Position numbers and translations under genes: made by a program
Shown here: positions 22,069 to 32,218 of the stretch, in pieces
Layout: each line of letters begins with the position of its first letter
Position numbering within the stretch: position 1 is the first letter of the stretch
Notes under the pieces: generated by a model
Database searches by the model: none
Told to the model about the DNA's origin: nothing
What the model saw: only the letters and a program-made list of their open reading frames with translations
Source: Collinsella sp.
GTDB taxonomy: Bacteria > Actinomycetota > Coriobacteriia > Coriobacteriales > Coriobacteriaceae
DNA: 64,000 nt
Reading direction: 5' to 3'
Assembly (NCBI GenBank): GCA_019414545.1
Contig: DXLV01000005.1
Location: 12,517-76,516, forward strand

Positions 22069-22336
22069 CCGGGGGAGTTGCCTTACCTCGTGGCGGTCTT
22101 CTAGCAGAAAAACCGAGTGAGTAGGCTTTTTGCAGGAGGCCAAGCATGCCCAAAACGCCACAGCTCTGACCTGCAGTTTTATAGATCATTTGTCGCGATG
22201 TGCTCGGCAAGTTCAAAAAAGTCTACTCACTTGCATCCGAAACGCACCAGATAGGCAAAAATAACCGCCGCAAGAGGTCCCCAGCCCCTTCGCGGCGGTC
22301 ACACGCCTCTGGTTTTGCGACCGTTTTGCCCGCTTG

Positions 22337-24538
22337 TTATTCGCTGTAGCGGGTAGCGATGGCAGCTTGTACCATGCCGGCGCTTATGAGGTAGGTCACC
22401 AGGAAGTAGCCACCGTATGCTGCCAGGAAGATTGCACAGGTGAGGCCCACGGTGCCGCCGATGCTCATATCTCCGAATATGCTCACCAGCTCGATAATCA
22501 CCTTGAGCGCCACAAAGGAGTGCGCCAGGCCCACTGCCAGCGGGAACAAGAAGAATACCGCTTGCTGCGCCATCACCGAATGGCGAATCTGGCGGTCGTC
22601 ACAGCCGATCTGTGCCAGCACACGATAGCTGCGGCTGCCGTCGGCCACATTGGAGAGCTGCTGGATCGACAGTATCGCCGCGCACGCAACGACCAGTACA
22701 AAGCCAATGTAGATGGCCAGATAGCTAATCATGCCGTTCATTTGCGCTGCTTGCGTGTACATCTCGGAGCGTGTGATGAAGATTCCCCATGACCCCGGCT
22801 CCTTGCCGTCAACGAGCAGATTGTCGAGCAAAGTGTATTTAATGCTCTCGTCTGCCTCGGTCGTATCCATCCCCTGTTTGTAATTAACGAGCAGGCTACT
22901 GGAATACGGCTGCAGATTAAGTTGGGACAACAGCTCGTCGGCAACGACGACGGTACCCGGATTACTGCCCATCGCCGAGTTGGCGATGGCCGCCGTGTCC
23001 TTGTCCGACTTATCGGTTGCGGGCTTGAGCTCATGCCCGCCCAAGGTGAGGGTATGGCCGCCGGCCATGTACTTGGTGTACAGGTCGCCCAGCTCACCGC
23101 CCATATCACACGTAAGCAGGTACTGGTCGCGGCCAATGCTCACCGGCTCCTCGCCCATCATCTGGCGCAGTTTGTTGTACTGGCTCGCCAGCGTCACAAA
23201 CAGACCCATCGTATCGGCATTGCTACCCCCGAGCGCCTTGGGGAGCTTTTCGCCCATGGTCTTGCACATCTCACCCGCAGACACCGAAGGATTCGAACCG
23301 CCAAACGGGTAACTCAGATACGAATCGATCTGAACATGCTCACCGGCAACATCGGCGATATTGACCTTCTTGCCGGTCTCGTCGTTGTTGTCCGCCGACT
23401 TGCCCTTGCCGTGCCATGCGGAGTACAAATCGACCGTTGTATCGGCTAGCACCATGCGGTCGGCTTCAGACGGATTGACATATTCTTTGTAGTAGTCGAG
23501 CGTATCGGGCGTGTAATAGACATACGTCTGTGACACGTCAACAGGGTTATAGCGCTCCAGGTTTTCGTTCATCACATTGGCAATCGACATACCGCACGTC
23601 ACCGAGGTGATGGCCAAAAACAGGAGCATCGCGATGACGCCCATCGAAAAGCACACCGTGTTGACCTTGGCCGCAAGCTGGCGCACGGTAAACATGTTGA
23701 GTCCGCGCCAATACACGCCGCGCAGGCTCTGCAGCAGCTTGATGAGCATGCCCGAGAGTCCCCAGAACAGGGCAAAGGTGCCCACGGTAACCATAGCGGT
23801 CGTAATGCCAAACTGGTTCATGGCCTCTTGCAGCTTGCTGTCCGTCGCGGTTAGCGGGAACCCATCACGTAGCAGACGGTAATAGGCCACGCCCACAAGC
23901 GCCACGCCCACGACAAAGATGGCAATCGCAATCCAGGGGTTGCGTGTCTTGATGCTCTCGTTGCGACGCTCGGCACCCATAAGCTCGATGAGTTTGGTAC
24001 GACGCACGGCGCGAAGGTTCAGCAGTAGCGTGAGCACAAACATTACGAGCATGCAAGCAAGGGTCAGGTTGAACGCATGCACCGAGAAAAAGAAGTGGAA
24101 ATTGGCGATCTGTGTCTTAAAGAGCGAGGCCGTAAAGAACGTCATGAGCTGGGAGAGTCCCATACCCAGCACAATGCCGGCGACAAAGGCCACGACCGAG
24201 ACAATCACGGTCTCGAGCGCCATGATCGTGGCGACGCGCCCGCGCCCCATGCCGAGCACCTGGTACAGGCCAAACTCCTTCTTGCGGCGTTTCATGATGA
24301 AGTTATTGGCATACACCATCAAAAAGGCCATGACACCGGCCAAAAAGTACGTCAGGTCGCCGAGCATGCTGCCCATTACCTGCGCCAAGCCCTCTTCATC
24401 GATTCCGGCGATGTCGACCTGCATTGAGATGGTGTTAAAGGCATAGAAGACCGTGACGCCCAGGGTGAGCGTCAAAAGGTAGACGAGGTAGTCGCGGCCG
24501 GCGCGGCGGACGTTGCCCCAAGCGAGTTTACAGAGCAT
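22337..24538 (-). CDS. BceB/FtsX-type ABC permease
   Basis: YANNFIMKRRKKEFGLYQVLGM, multiple TMs, large extracellular domain, YRVLAQIG...FFLFPL. Confidence 0.9.
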   Translation of the reverse strand: MLCKLAWGNVRRAGRDYLVYLLTLTLGVTVFYAFNTISMQVDIAGIDEEGLAQVMGSMLGDLTYFLAGVMAFLMVYANNFIMKRRKKEFGLYQVLGMGRGRVATIMALETVIVSVVAFVAGIVLGMGLSQLMTFFTASLFKTQIANFHFFFSVHAFNLTLACMLVMFVLTLLLNLRAVRRTKLIELMGAERRNESIKTRNPWIAIAIFVVGVALVGVAYYRLLRDGFPLTATDSKLQEAMNQFGITTAMVTVGTFALFWGLSGMLIKLLQSLRGVYWRGLNMFTVRQLAAKVNTVCFSMGVIAMLLFLAITSVTCGMSIANVMNENLERYNPVDVSQTYVYYTPDTLDYYKEYVNPSEADRMVLADTTVDLYSAWHGKGKSADNNDETGKKVNIADVAGEHVQIDSYLSYPFGGSNPSVSAGEMCKTMGEKLPKALGGSNADTMGLFVTLASQYNKLRQMMGEEPVSIGRDQYLLTCDMGGELGDLYTKYMAGGHTLTLGGHELKPATDKSDKDTAAIANSAMGSNPGTVVVADELLSQLNLQPYSSSLLVNYKQGMDTTEADESIKYTLLDNLLVDGKEPGSWGIFITRSEMYTQAAQMNGMISYLAIYIGFVLVVACAAILSIQQLSNVADGSRSYRVLAQIGCDDRQIRHSVMAQQAVFFLFPLAVGLAHSFVALKVIIELVSIFGDMSIGGTVGLTCAIFLAAYGGYFLVTYLISAGMVQAAIATRYSE

Positions 24539-25313
24539 CGGAGCCCTCACCGCCCATCATGGCAACGACCTCCATAATGCGGTCGAAGAACTCTCGGCGG
24601 TCGGTGTCGCCGCGGCGCAGCTCGGTGAAGATCTTGCCGTCGCGAATAAACAGCACACGGCTCGTGTAGCTGGCGGCAAAGCTGTCGTGCGTGACCATGA
24701 GCACCGTGGCGCGCAGGCGGCGGTTAAGGGCCTCCAGGCTCTCGAGCAGCAGACGGGCGCTCTTGGAATCGAGGGCGCCGGTGGGCTCGTCGGCCATGAT
24801 CATGGTGGGGTCGGTGACGAGCGCGCGAGCCGCGGCAACGCGCTGCTGCTGGCCGCCCGACATTTGGTAGGGATACTTGTCGAGCACCTGACTGATGGAC
24901 AGGCGCGCTGCCACATCCTGCACGCGGGTCGAGATCTCCGCCGAGTTTGTACGGGCGATGGTGAGCGGCAGGGCGATGTTCTCGCGTGCCGTGAGCGTAT
25001 CGAGCAGGTTAGAGTCCTGGAAGATAAAGCCCAGCTCCTCGCGGCGGAACTGCGAGAGCTTGGCCTGCTTCATGCGTGTTACGTCCTGGCCGTTGATGCG
25101 GATGGTGCCGCTCGTAGCGCTATCGATGGTCGAGACGCAGTTGAGCAACGTCGACTTGCCCGAGCCCGAGGCGCCCATGATGCCAACGAATTCGCCGCGG
25201 TTGACGGTAAAGCTGACGTCGTTGAGCGCGCGGGTCACGTTGCCCAGCGCTCCATATACCTTTTCGAGATGCGCGACCTCCAGTACCGGGGTCGCCATGT
25301 GCGTGGTTTGCAT
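24528..25313 (-). CDS. BceA-type ABC ATP-binding protein
   Basis: [46 protein letters not shown]. Confidence 0.93.
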   Translation of the reverse strand: MQTTHMATPVLEVAHLEKVYGALGNVTRALNDVSFTVNRGEFVGIMGASGSGKSTLLNCVSTIDSATSGTIRINGQDVTRMKQAKLSQFRREELGFIFQDSNLLDTLTARENIALPLTIARTNSAEISTRVQDVAARLSISQVLDKYPYQMSGGQQQRVAAARALVTDPTMIMADEPTGALDSKSARLLLESLEALNRRLRATVLMVTHDSFAASYTSRVLFIRDGKIFTELRRGDTDRREFFDRIMEVVAMMGGEGSDAL

Positions 25314-25396
25314 ACCGAGTCCTTTCTTGCGATTAGTCTACGGCATCTATAGTCGCAAGAAGCCGAGTCGGCTACCATCGATATGGCTTACGCTTG

Positions 25397-25414
25397 CCTT
25401 ACCGTTGTGTAAGG
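25397..25414. promoter_or_regulatory. BceR-like response-regulator box
   Basis: CCTTACcgttgtGTAAGG inverted repeat about 85 bp upstream of the bceA-like start; one mismatch to the TNACA-N4-TGTAA consensus. Confidence 0.6.
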
Positions 25415-25457
25415 TAAGAGTAGCCTGCCATGTGTTGATGTTGAGAGAGGGCTCCTG

Positions 25458-26435
25458 TTGAAGACTGTTCATGTTGCCGCTGGGATCATTCGCAAGGAAG
25501 GATCTGACGAGCTGCTTGCCGTGCAGCGCGGCTACGGCGACATGCAGGGACTTTGGGAGTTCCCAGGCGGCAAACTTCTGCGCGGCGAGACGCCCGAAGA
25601 CGCCGTGCGCCGCGAGCTTATGGAAGAGCTGCAGGTAAAGGTCACCAACCTGCGTGACTTCTACACCGTTGAGTATGACTACCCCGATTTTCATCTCTCA
25701 ATGGAGTGTTACTACTGCTCGCTGGCTAAAGAGTCTGGCGAGCCCCAGAAACACGACCGCCAGCTTGATATCCGCTGGATTCCGCGGACGTCTCTTGCCA
25801 CCGTTGAGTGGATGCCCGCCGACAAGGGACTCATTGACGCCCTGATTGAGCTGAAGGAAGACCGGCTTGATGCCAACGACGCCGAGGCCGCCACGGCCGA
25901 CAAGCCTGCTACCAAGCCCAAGCGCAAACATAAGCGCCGCAGCAAAAAGCGCCCCAAGCCCGGCCTGTTGGACGGTATCGACACCTCGGACCTTTCCGCC
26001 GACGAGCGCGAGCTGGTACGTCGTCGTGCCGCTATTAAAAAGTCCATGAAAGGCAACAAACGCGCCGACACCAAGCCCGAGCTGCTTGTACGTCAGCGTC
26101 TGCGGGCAGCAGGCCTTACGGGCTATCGCCTGGAATGGAAGGTTCCCGGCAAACCCGATATCGCCTTTCCCGGGCGCAAGATCGCCATCTTTGTCAACGG
26201 CTGTTTTTGGCATCGCTGCCCCAAGTGCAACCCCAGCCAGCCCAAACGTAACGTTGAGTTTTGGGAGGCAAAGTTCCGTCGCAACGTCGAGCGCGACCGC
26301 GCTGCCGTGGCAGCACTCACTCAAATGGGCTGGACACCCATAACCATCTGGGAATGCGAACTCAAAAAAGACCGCATCGACGCCACCATGGAAAAGGTCA
26401 TCGAGCAGGTGCGCGCCGCCGCACCTCAGCGCTAA
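25458..26435 (+). CDS. NUDIX (MutT-like) - Vsr very-short-patch endonuclease fusion
   Basis: Nudix box WEFPGGK...GETPEDAVRRELMEEL; C-terminal DTKPELLVR...PGKPDIAF...FVNGCFWH...FWEAKFRRNVERD...IWECEL. Confidence 0.9.
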   Translation: MKTVHVAAGIIRKEGSDELLAVQRGYGDMQGLWEFPGGKLLRGETPEDAVRRELMEELQVKVTNLRDFYTVEYDYPDFHLSMECYYCSLAKESGEPQKHDRQLDIRWIPRTSLATVEWMPADKGLIDALIELKEDRLDANDAEAATADKPATKPKRKHKRRSKKRPKPGLLDGIDTSDLSADERELVRRRAAIKKSMKGNKRADTKPELLVRQRLRAAGLTGYRLEWKVPGKPDIAFPGRKIAIFVNGCFWHRCPKCNPSQPKRNVEFWEAKFRRNVERDRAAVAALTQMGWTPITIWECELKKDRIDATMEKVIEQVRAAAPQR

Positions 26436-26924
26436 CAGCAAGCATCCACACGCTCCGCACGTCCGCGCCACATCCACGTCACAAACCTTAGAAAGCCCTT
26501 AAGCCCAAAACCTTTCAAGAGTGTTATTTGATACCTCTGACCTGCAGTTTCATTGTTATATCAAACCCTGTTAAGCCTTTCTTTAGCGCTTCCTTATCAG
26601 CGCTCGCGGCATAATGTAGCCAACGCACGGGACCTAGCAGCACACCCCGTGCGCAACCTTTTGGTGGACATCGAGGAGGCCGCACGAGCATGCATTCTTC
26701 CAATGACGCAACACAGCAGCCATCCCTAACACATGCAGACCTTTTCTCCTTCCCCCCGACACAGAGAAATGGCCTCCTCGACTCCCCCACCACAAAAGCA
26801 AAACGCTCAACCGACCAGAACCTCAACTTGCGAGCATCGTTCGAAAAGCTCCAAGCATCCCTAAACAAGGCGTTCCCCGAACAGGCAAGAGCAATCTAAG
26901 CCCATCGCGCTTTATACTGATGCC

Positions 26925-27863
26925 ATGCGAAACATGGATCACATAGAATTGCACCGCGGAGGACGCGAGGAAGCGTTTCCCGAGACCGCCGATGACTGGC
27001 CCTATATTGCCGAACGCGCAGAATTCGCTCGCTATCCGGGCAATTCCGTCCCCTGGCACTGGCATTCCGAAGTTGAGCTTTTCTACATGGAGCAGGGAGC
27101 GATTGACTATCGAACGCGCGCGGCTCATGAGCACGTACGCTTTGAGGAAGGGTCCGCCGGCTTTATCAACGGCGGCGTTTTGCACAGCACGCTGCAATCA
27201 CCCAATTCGGCACCAGCCATTCAAATGTTGCATATCTTTCAGCCGTCGATGCTCGGCGATCCCGCGGGACGCCTTCAAAAGCGCTATATCAATCCTTTAC
27301 TGCAATGTCGAGGCGTCGATGTGCTCAAATGGTCGCCCACCAACCCCGACGATATGCCCTTTATCGATTTGCTAAAGAGTTCCTTTAACCACGACCTTCA
27401 ACGGCCGCAGAACGAGATGGCGCTTCGGAATAGCTTGTCAGAGCTCTGGATTCAGATTTACGCCAAGGCCGAACCGCTCTTTTCCTCAGACAACGCCTCT
27501 TGGATGACCAACCGCGACGTACAGTTCAAGGCAATCCTGGACTATATCCGCGCAAACTATGCAGCCGCTATAGATGTGCCCCAGATGGCATCTGCAGCCG
27601 GCGTAAGCGAAAGAGAGTGTTACCGCATTATCGAAGCTTGCGCAGGAACGACCCCGGCGGCATATCTGCGCGCATACCGCGTAAACCGTGTTTGCGAACT
27701 TTTGGCACACACCACGCGAACGGTCCAGACAGTCGCGCGCCAATGCGGCTTTGCGACAGCAAGCCATCTTGGCCAGGTATTTAAAGAACAAATGGGATGC
27801 ACTCCTTCGAGCTATCGAGCAGCGAGGCAGAATCTCGATAGCACCAGGCAGAAATCCCGCTAG
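26925..27863 (+). CDS. AraC-family regulator (cupin + HTH)
   Basis: VPWHWHSEVE cupin; C-terminal VARQCGFATASHLGQVFKEQMGCTPSSYR. Confidence 0.92.
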   Translation: MRNMDHIELHRGGREEAFPETADDWPYIAERAEFARYPGNSVPWHWHSEVELFYMEQGAIDYRTRAAHEHVRFEEGSAGFINGGVLHSTLQSPNSAPAIQMLHIFQPSMLGDPAGRLQKRYINPLLQCRGVDVLKWSPTNPDDMPFIDLLKSSFNHDLQRPQNEMALRNSLSELWIQIYAKAEPLFSSDNASWMTNRDVQFKAILDYIRANYAAAIDVPQMASAAGVSERECYRIIEACAGTTPAAYLRAYRVNRVCELLAHTTRTVQTVARQCGFATASHLGQVFKEQMGCTPSSYRAARQNLDSTRQKSR

Positions 27864-27919
27864 CCTTTCTTCTGTCACCGCATCAAACTTGCAGGCAAAC
27901 AACAGAGAGGAGCAATCAT

Positions 27920-28543
27920 ATGAAGCACTTTGACCATATCGTATTTGACGTTGATGGGACATTGGCAGATACAGAAGAAAGCGTTCTATCATCGCTTGTC
28001 CAGATTGTCCAAGAAGAGACCGGCAAAACGCTCCCCCGACACGAGCTTGAATTTGCCCTCGGCATACCCGGCAAGGATGCCCTTGAGAAACTTGGAATCT
28101 ACTCGCAGGCAACGTTGAATCGCTGGTGCCAAGTTGCTGCCAGTTTTAAAAGCACCATCAGCGTGTTTCCAGACTTGCTTGAAGTCATCGCAACACTCGC
28201 CAACAACGGCTGCAAACTTGGCATCGTCTCCTCACGTGCGCGCGACGAATACACAGACGAAATTGCACCCCTTGGCTTCGATAAGTTTTTTGAACACATC
28301 ATCCTTGTCGAAGACACAACCGAACATAAACCCGCACCCGCTCCCATGCTCGAATATCTCCGGCGTACGGGCGCGAATCCTGGCAACGTCGTCTACGTTG
28401 GCGACACCGTCTACGACGAACAATGCGCAACTTCGGCAGGGGTCAGTTTTGCCCGAGCAGCATGGGGATCACACCAAGACATCCCAAACGCCACCTACAA
28501 CCTCAAAACCCCCAACGACCTACTAACCCTAACAACCAAATAA
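27920..28543 (+). CDS. HAD-superfamily hydrolase
   Basis: FDVDGTLADT, KPAPAP, YVGDTVYDEQCA motifs. Confidence 0.9.
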   Translation: MKHFDHIVFDVDGTLADTEESVLSSLVQIVQEETGKTLPRHELEFALGIPGKDALEKLGIYSQATLNRWCQVAASFKSTISVFPDLLEVIATLANNGCKLGIVSSRARDEYTDEIAPLGFDKFFEHIILVEDTTEHKPAPAPMLEYLRRTGANPGNVVYVGDTVYDEQCATSAGVSFARAAWGSHQDIPNATYNLKTPNDLLTLTTK

Positions 28544-28707
28544 CCCACGCGTCCCACCCTTTCAGTCCCAACACCACAAGGGCGATTGAGCAGAACGGCT
28601 TGGGCGGGTCCCCGTACTTAGTTTCCAAAATCATTCCGCAGCGCGAAGGCTTCTTATTATTTTCCGCCCTAACGCCACAAGGGCGACGACCTCGAGTAGG
28701 TCAACCT

Positions 28708-28832
28708 GGGAGGGACGAGGGCTTAGTTCCCCAATCTTTCCGCAGGGGGCAAAAAGCCTCGCCGCACGAAGTGCGCAGCGAGGCTTTTTGCATGCCCGAG
28801 GACGATTGGGGAACTAAGCCCTCGTCCCTCCC
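28708..28832. repeat. Nested palindrome with CGAAG-capped core (family copy 2)
   Basis: Same core as 12433-12562, but with entirely different self-complementary outer arms. Confidence 0.85.
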
Positions 28833-28865
28833 CGGGATATGTAGCGAGTCGGAGTACCCTTGCTG

Positions 28866-29723
28866 TTACTCTGCCTTGCCCACAGAGTTGAGGTTGGTCA
28901 TGCGGATCTTAACCAGCTCGGTGATCTCACGCATGCCCTCCTTGGCCGGCTTCTTGGGATCGAAGCAGGCGGGGTTCTCGGCCATGTAGGCCATGAAGCC
29001 CTTGGTGTAGGCCTGACGCAGCTCAGTGGCGTAGTTAACCTTGCAGATGCCGTTCTTCACAGCCTCGGCAACCTGCTCATCGGGCACACCGGAGGTGCCG
29101 TGCAGAACCAGCGGCACGTCGACGGCGTCGCGGATGGCCTTGACCACGGACTGCTCGATGTGCGGATCGCTCGTGTACACGCCGTGGCTGGTGCCAACGC
29201 CAATAGCGAGAGAGGTGCAGCCGGTGCGCTCGACGAACTCCTTGGCCTCGGCCGGATCGGTGTAGGGGCTCTCACCCTCAACCGCGGGACCGTCGTCCTC
29301 CTTGCCGCCGACCTTGCCGAGCTCAGCCTCGACAGGCACGCCCATGGCGCGGCCAGCATCGGCGACGGACTTGGTCAGGGCGATGTTGTCCTCGAAGGAC
29401 TCGTGCGAACCGTCGATCATGACAGAGGTGTAGCCCGTGCGGAAAGCCTGCATGCAGCGGTCATAGCCATCGCCGTGATCGAGATGCAGAGCGACGGGCA
29501 CGGAAGCGCGCTCGGCGGCAGCCTTGACCATGCCGTAGAAGTAGTCCAGACCAGCGGTCTTGATGGTGCCCGGGGTGGTCTGCATGATGACGGGGGACTT
29601 GGTCTCCTCGGCAGCGGCCAGAACGGCCATAACAAACTCGAGGTTCTCGACGTTGAACGCGCCGACGGCGTAGTGGCCGGCCTGAGCGTCCTTGAGCATC
29701 TTTTCGGTGGTAACAAGTGCCAT
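28866..29723 (-). CDS. Class II fructose/tagatose-bisphosphate aldolase
   Basis: YAVGAFNVEN, LHLDHG, SVMIDGSH, VEAELG, GTSHG, LVLHGTSG, KVNYAT; start placed at MALVTTEK. Confidence 0.92.
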   Translation of the reverse strand: MALVTTEKMLKDAQAGHYAVGAFNVENLEFVMAVLAAAEETKSPVIMQTTPGTIKTAGLDYFYGMVKAAAERASVPVALHLDHGDGYDRCMQAFRTGYTSVMIDGSHESFEDNIALTKSVADAGRAMGVPVEAELGKVGGKEDDGPAVEGESPYTDPAEAKEFVERTGCTSLAIGVGTSHGVYTSDPHIEQSVVKAIRDAVDVPLVLHGTSGVPDEQVAEAVKNGICKVNYATELRQAYTKGFMAYMAENPACFDPKKPAKEGMREITELVKIRMTNLNSVGKAE

Positions 29724-30058
29724 GAGCGTTTGCTCCTCTCCCTCGCCCGCATCTGGACATCGGGCGTAGTTGTTCACAAGGCGTTTTACCTTGCGTTTTA
29801 CTGCGCTCATTGTATGAAATTCAGCAGCTTTGCACGTGCGAGATATTGAGCCCATGCAGGTCAATACAGTCATTTTTGAAAAGCAAACGGAAGAAATTTG
29901 AGCCGAGTGAACATGTTCGATATTGAATTATGGGCGTTCAGCGTCTTTCTTTTATAGAAAAGATAAGTAATCGAAAGGTGTTTTCTTACTCAAAAAGAAA
30001 ATGAACGAAAATAGAGTCAACACAATTCCTGCAAATTTCAGATGATGATGGAGCAGAT

Positions 30059-30862
30059 ATGGCCCACGCAACAACCCGAGCTTTCGCCGACGAGCGTCGT
30101 TCCGCCATCATGGAGATGCTCGATCATAATGCCTCGGTGCAGGTAGCAGAAATCGCCCAGACCTTTGGCGTGTCCTCCGTCACCGCCCGAGCCGACCTGG
30201 ACGCGCTCGCCGAAGCAGGCAAGCTGCGCCGCACGCATGGCGGTGCCGTATCGCTCCACAAACGCCTGACCGTTTCCACGCAGGATCGCCGCATCAATGT
30301 CAACGTCGCCGCCAAGCAGGCCATCGCGCAAAGCGCCATTGAACTCGTCGACAATGGTGACACTCTGCTCGTCGACTCGGGCACCACAGCGCTCGAGTTC
30401 GTCCGGCTCCTCGACCAGCGCGATGGCATCACCGTCATCACGGCCGACATTACCATTGCCGATTACATCGACGAGAGCATGCCCTCAGTCGATGTCGTCA
30501 TGCTGGGCGGGGCACTGCGCAAAGGCCATCGCTATCTGTACGGCCCACTTACCATGCAGGCGCTCCAAATGGTCCACGCCGATCTTGCCGTAATGTGCCC
30601 TGGCGCTTTTGTTCCCGGCTGCGGCTTTACGACCGACTTTCCGCAGATGGCCGAGACCAAAGCGGCTATGGTCGGTGCCGCTCGTCAAAGTGTCGCCCTC
30701 ATGGACGCCAGTAAGGTCAACGGACGTGGCATGTACCGCTTTGCCGAGCTGACCGACGTCAACGCCATCGTGATGGACCGTGACCCCGATCACGCCGTCG
30801 CCATCTCAATCGCCGAGACCGTCGACAACGCCCGCCCAAATCTCGTCATCGCCGGCGCTTAA
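30059..30862 (+). CDS. DeoR/GlpR-family regulator, divergent from the aldolase
   Basis: FGVSSVTARADLDALAEAGKLRRTHGGA, VDSGTT, DASK. Confidence 0.92.
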   Translation: MAHATTRAFADERRSAIMEMLDHNASVQVAEIAQTFGVSSVTARADLDALAEAGKLRRTHGGAVSLHKRLTVSTQDRRINVNVAAKQAIAQSAIELVDNGDTLLVDSGTTALEFVRLLDQRDGITVITADITIADYIDESMPSVDVVMLGGALRKGHRYLYGPLTMQALQMVHADLAVMCPGAFVPGCGFTTDFPQMAETKAAMVGAARQSVALMDASKVNGRGMYRFAELTDVNAIVMDRDPDHAVAISIAETVDNARPNLVIAGA

Positions 30863-30928
30863 ACAAAAACCACCACAAAGGTGCCTGTCCCCTTTGTGGT
30901 GGTTTGAGCGTTAAACGTGAACGTATCG

Positions 30929-32089
30929 CTACTTGGAGAGCTCGTCAGCGAGGGCCTCAATCTGGGCGCGCGATGCGTCGTTGAGCGAACCCAGGACGGT
31001 CACCTTGTTCTGCGTCAGCGTGATGTCTTTCATACCCTCGAGTTCCTTGGTCATAACCTTAGCGGCGGCAGGTGCCCAAGAACCGGCCTCGACGAGCGCC
31101 ACGGTGCGGTTCTGGTAGGCATGCTCGGCGAGCGTGTGGATGAAGGTGCTCATAAACGGGAAGATCTCGCCCTGATAGGTGATGGAGGCGAGCACCAGAC
31201 GGTCGTAGCGGAACGCATCCTCAACGGCCTCGGCCATGTCGTCGCGAGCTAGGTCAAAGACGGAAACCTTCTGGCCGCGAGCCTCGAGCGCAGATGCAAG
31301 CTCCTCGACGGCAGCCTTCAGGTGGCCGTAGACGCTCGCGTAGGCAATGGTGATGCCCTCGTCCTCGGGCTGATAGCTCGACCAGGTGTTGTAAGTGTCG
31401 AGGTAGTAGCCCAGGTTCTCAGTCAGCACGGGACCATGAAGCGGGCAGATGATCTGGATATCCAGATCGGCGGCCTTCTTGAGCACGGCCTGCACAAACT
31501 TGCCGAACTTACCGACGATGCCAAAGTAGTAGCGGCGCGCTTCGCAAGCCCAGCCTTCCGGGTCCTCGATGTCGTTGGCGCCGAACTTGCCAAAGCCGTC
31601 GGCACTAAAGAGCACCTTGTCGGTAGCCTCGTAGGAGAAGAGTACCTCGGGCCAGTGAACGTTGGGGGCGCCGACAAAGGTCAGGCTGTGGCCGCCCAGA
31701 TCAAGCACGTCACCCTCTTTGACAACCATCTTGCGCTCGGGGAAGTCGGTGCCAAAGTAGTTGACCATCATGCGAAAGGCGCCCATGCTTGCCACAATCT
31801 GCGCCTGGGGATAGCGCTCCATAAAGGCGGCGATGCCGGCGGAGTGATCGGGCTCCATGTGATGGATGACCAGGTAGTCGGGCGTGCGGCCGTCGAGTAC
31901 GGTCTCGAGGTTGCCGAGCCACTCGTCGACAAATCCGCCATCGACCGAATCGGCGACAGCGATCTTCTCGCCCAAGATAACGTAGCTGTTGTATGCCATA
32001 CCGTTCTCGGACACGTCGTACTGGCCCTCGAACAGGTCGATGTCATGATCGTCAACGCCAATGTAGCGGATATCCTTGGTGATCTCCAT
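30929..32089 (-). CDS. fprA: Flavodiiron protein (FprA, O2/NO reductase)
   Basis: YNSYVI, HHMEPDHS, VHWPE, FSADGFG, CPLHGP, flavodoxin YASVYG. Confidence 0.92.
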   Translation of the reverse strand: MEITKDIRYIGVDDHDIDLFEGQYDVSENGMAYNSYVILGEKIAVADSVDGGFVDEWLGNLETVLDGRTPDYLVIHHMEPDHSAGIAAFMERYPQAQIVASMGAFRMMVNYFGTDFPERKMVVKEGDVLDLGGHSLTFVGAPNVHWPEVLFSYEATDKVLFSADGFGKFGANDIEDPEGWACEARRYYFGIVGKFGKFVQAVLKKAADLDIQIICPLHGPVLTENLGYYLDTYNTWSSYQPEDEGITIAYASVYGHLKAAVEELASALEARGQKVSVFDLARDDMAEAVEDAFRYDRLVLASITYQGEIFPFMSTFIHTLAEHAYQNRTVALVEAGSWAPAAAKVMTKELEGMKDITLTQNKVTVLGSLNDASRAQIEALADELSK

Positions 32090-32218
32090 CAGGCAAAGCC
32101 TCCTAGATAGACAAATGAACCCGTCTATCATAGCACTCGCCTTCATAGTCACGGCTATCTGCCGGCATCCTTATCGATTGTTAGCGAAGCGCAACGTTGA
32201 GCCGTTGACCTGCGAAAA

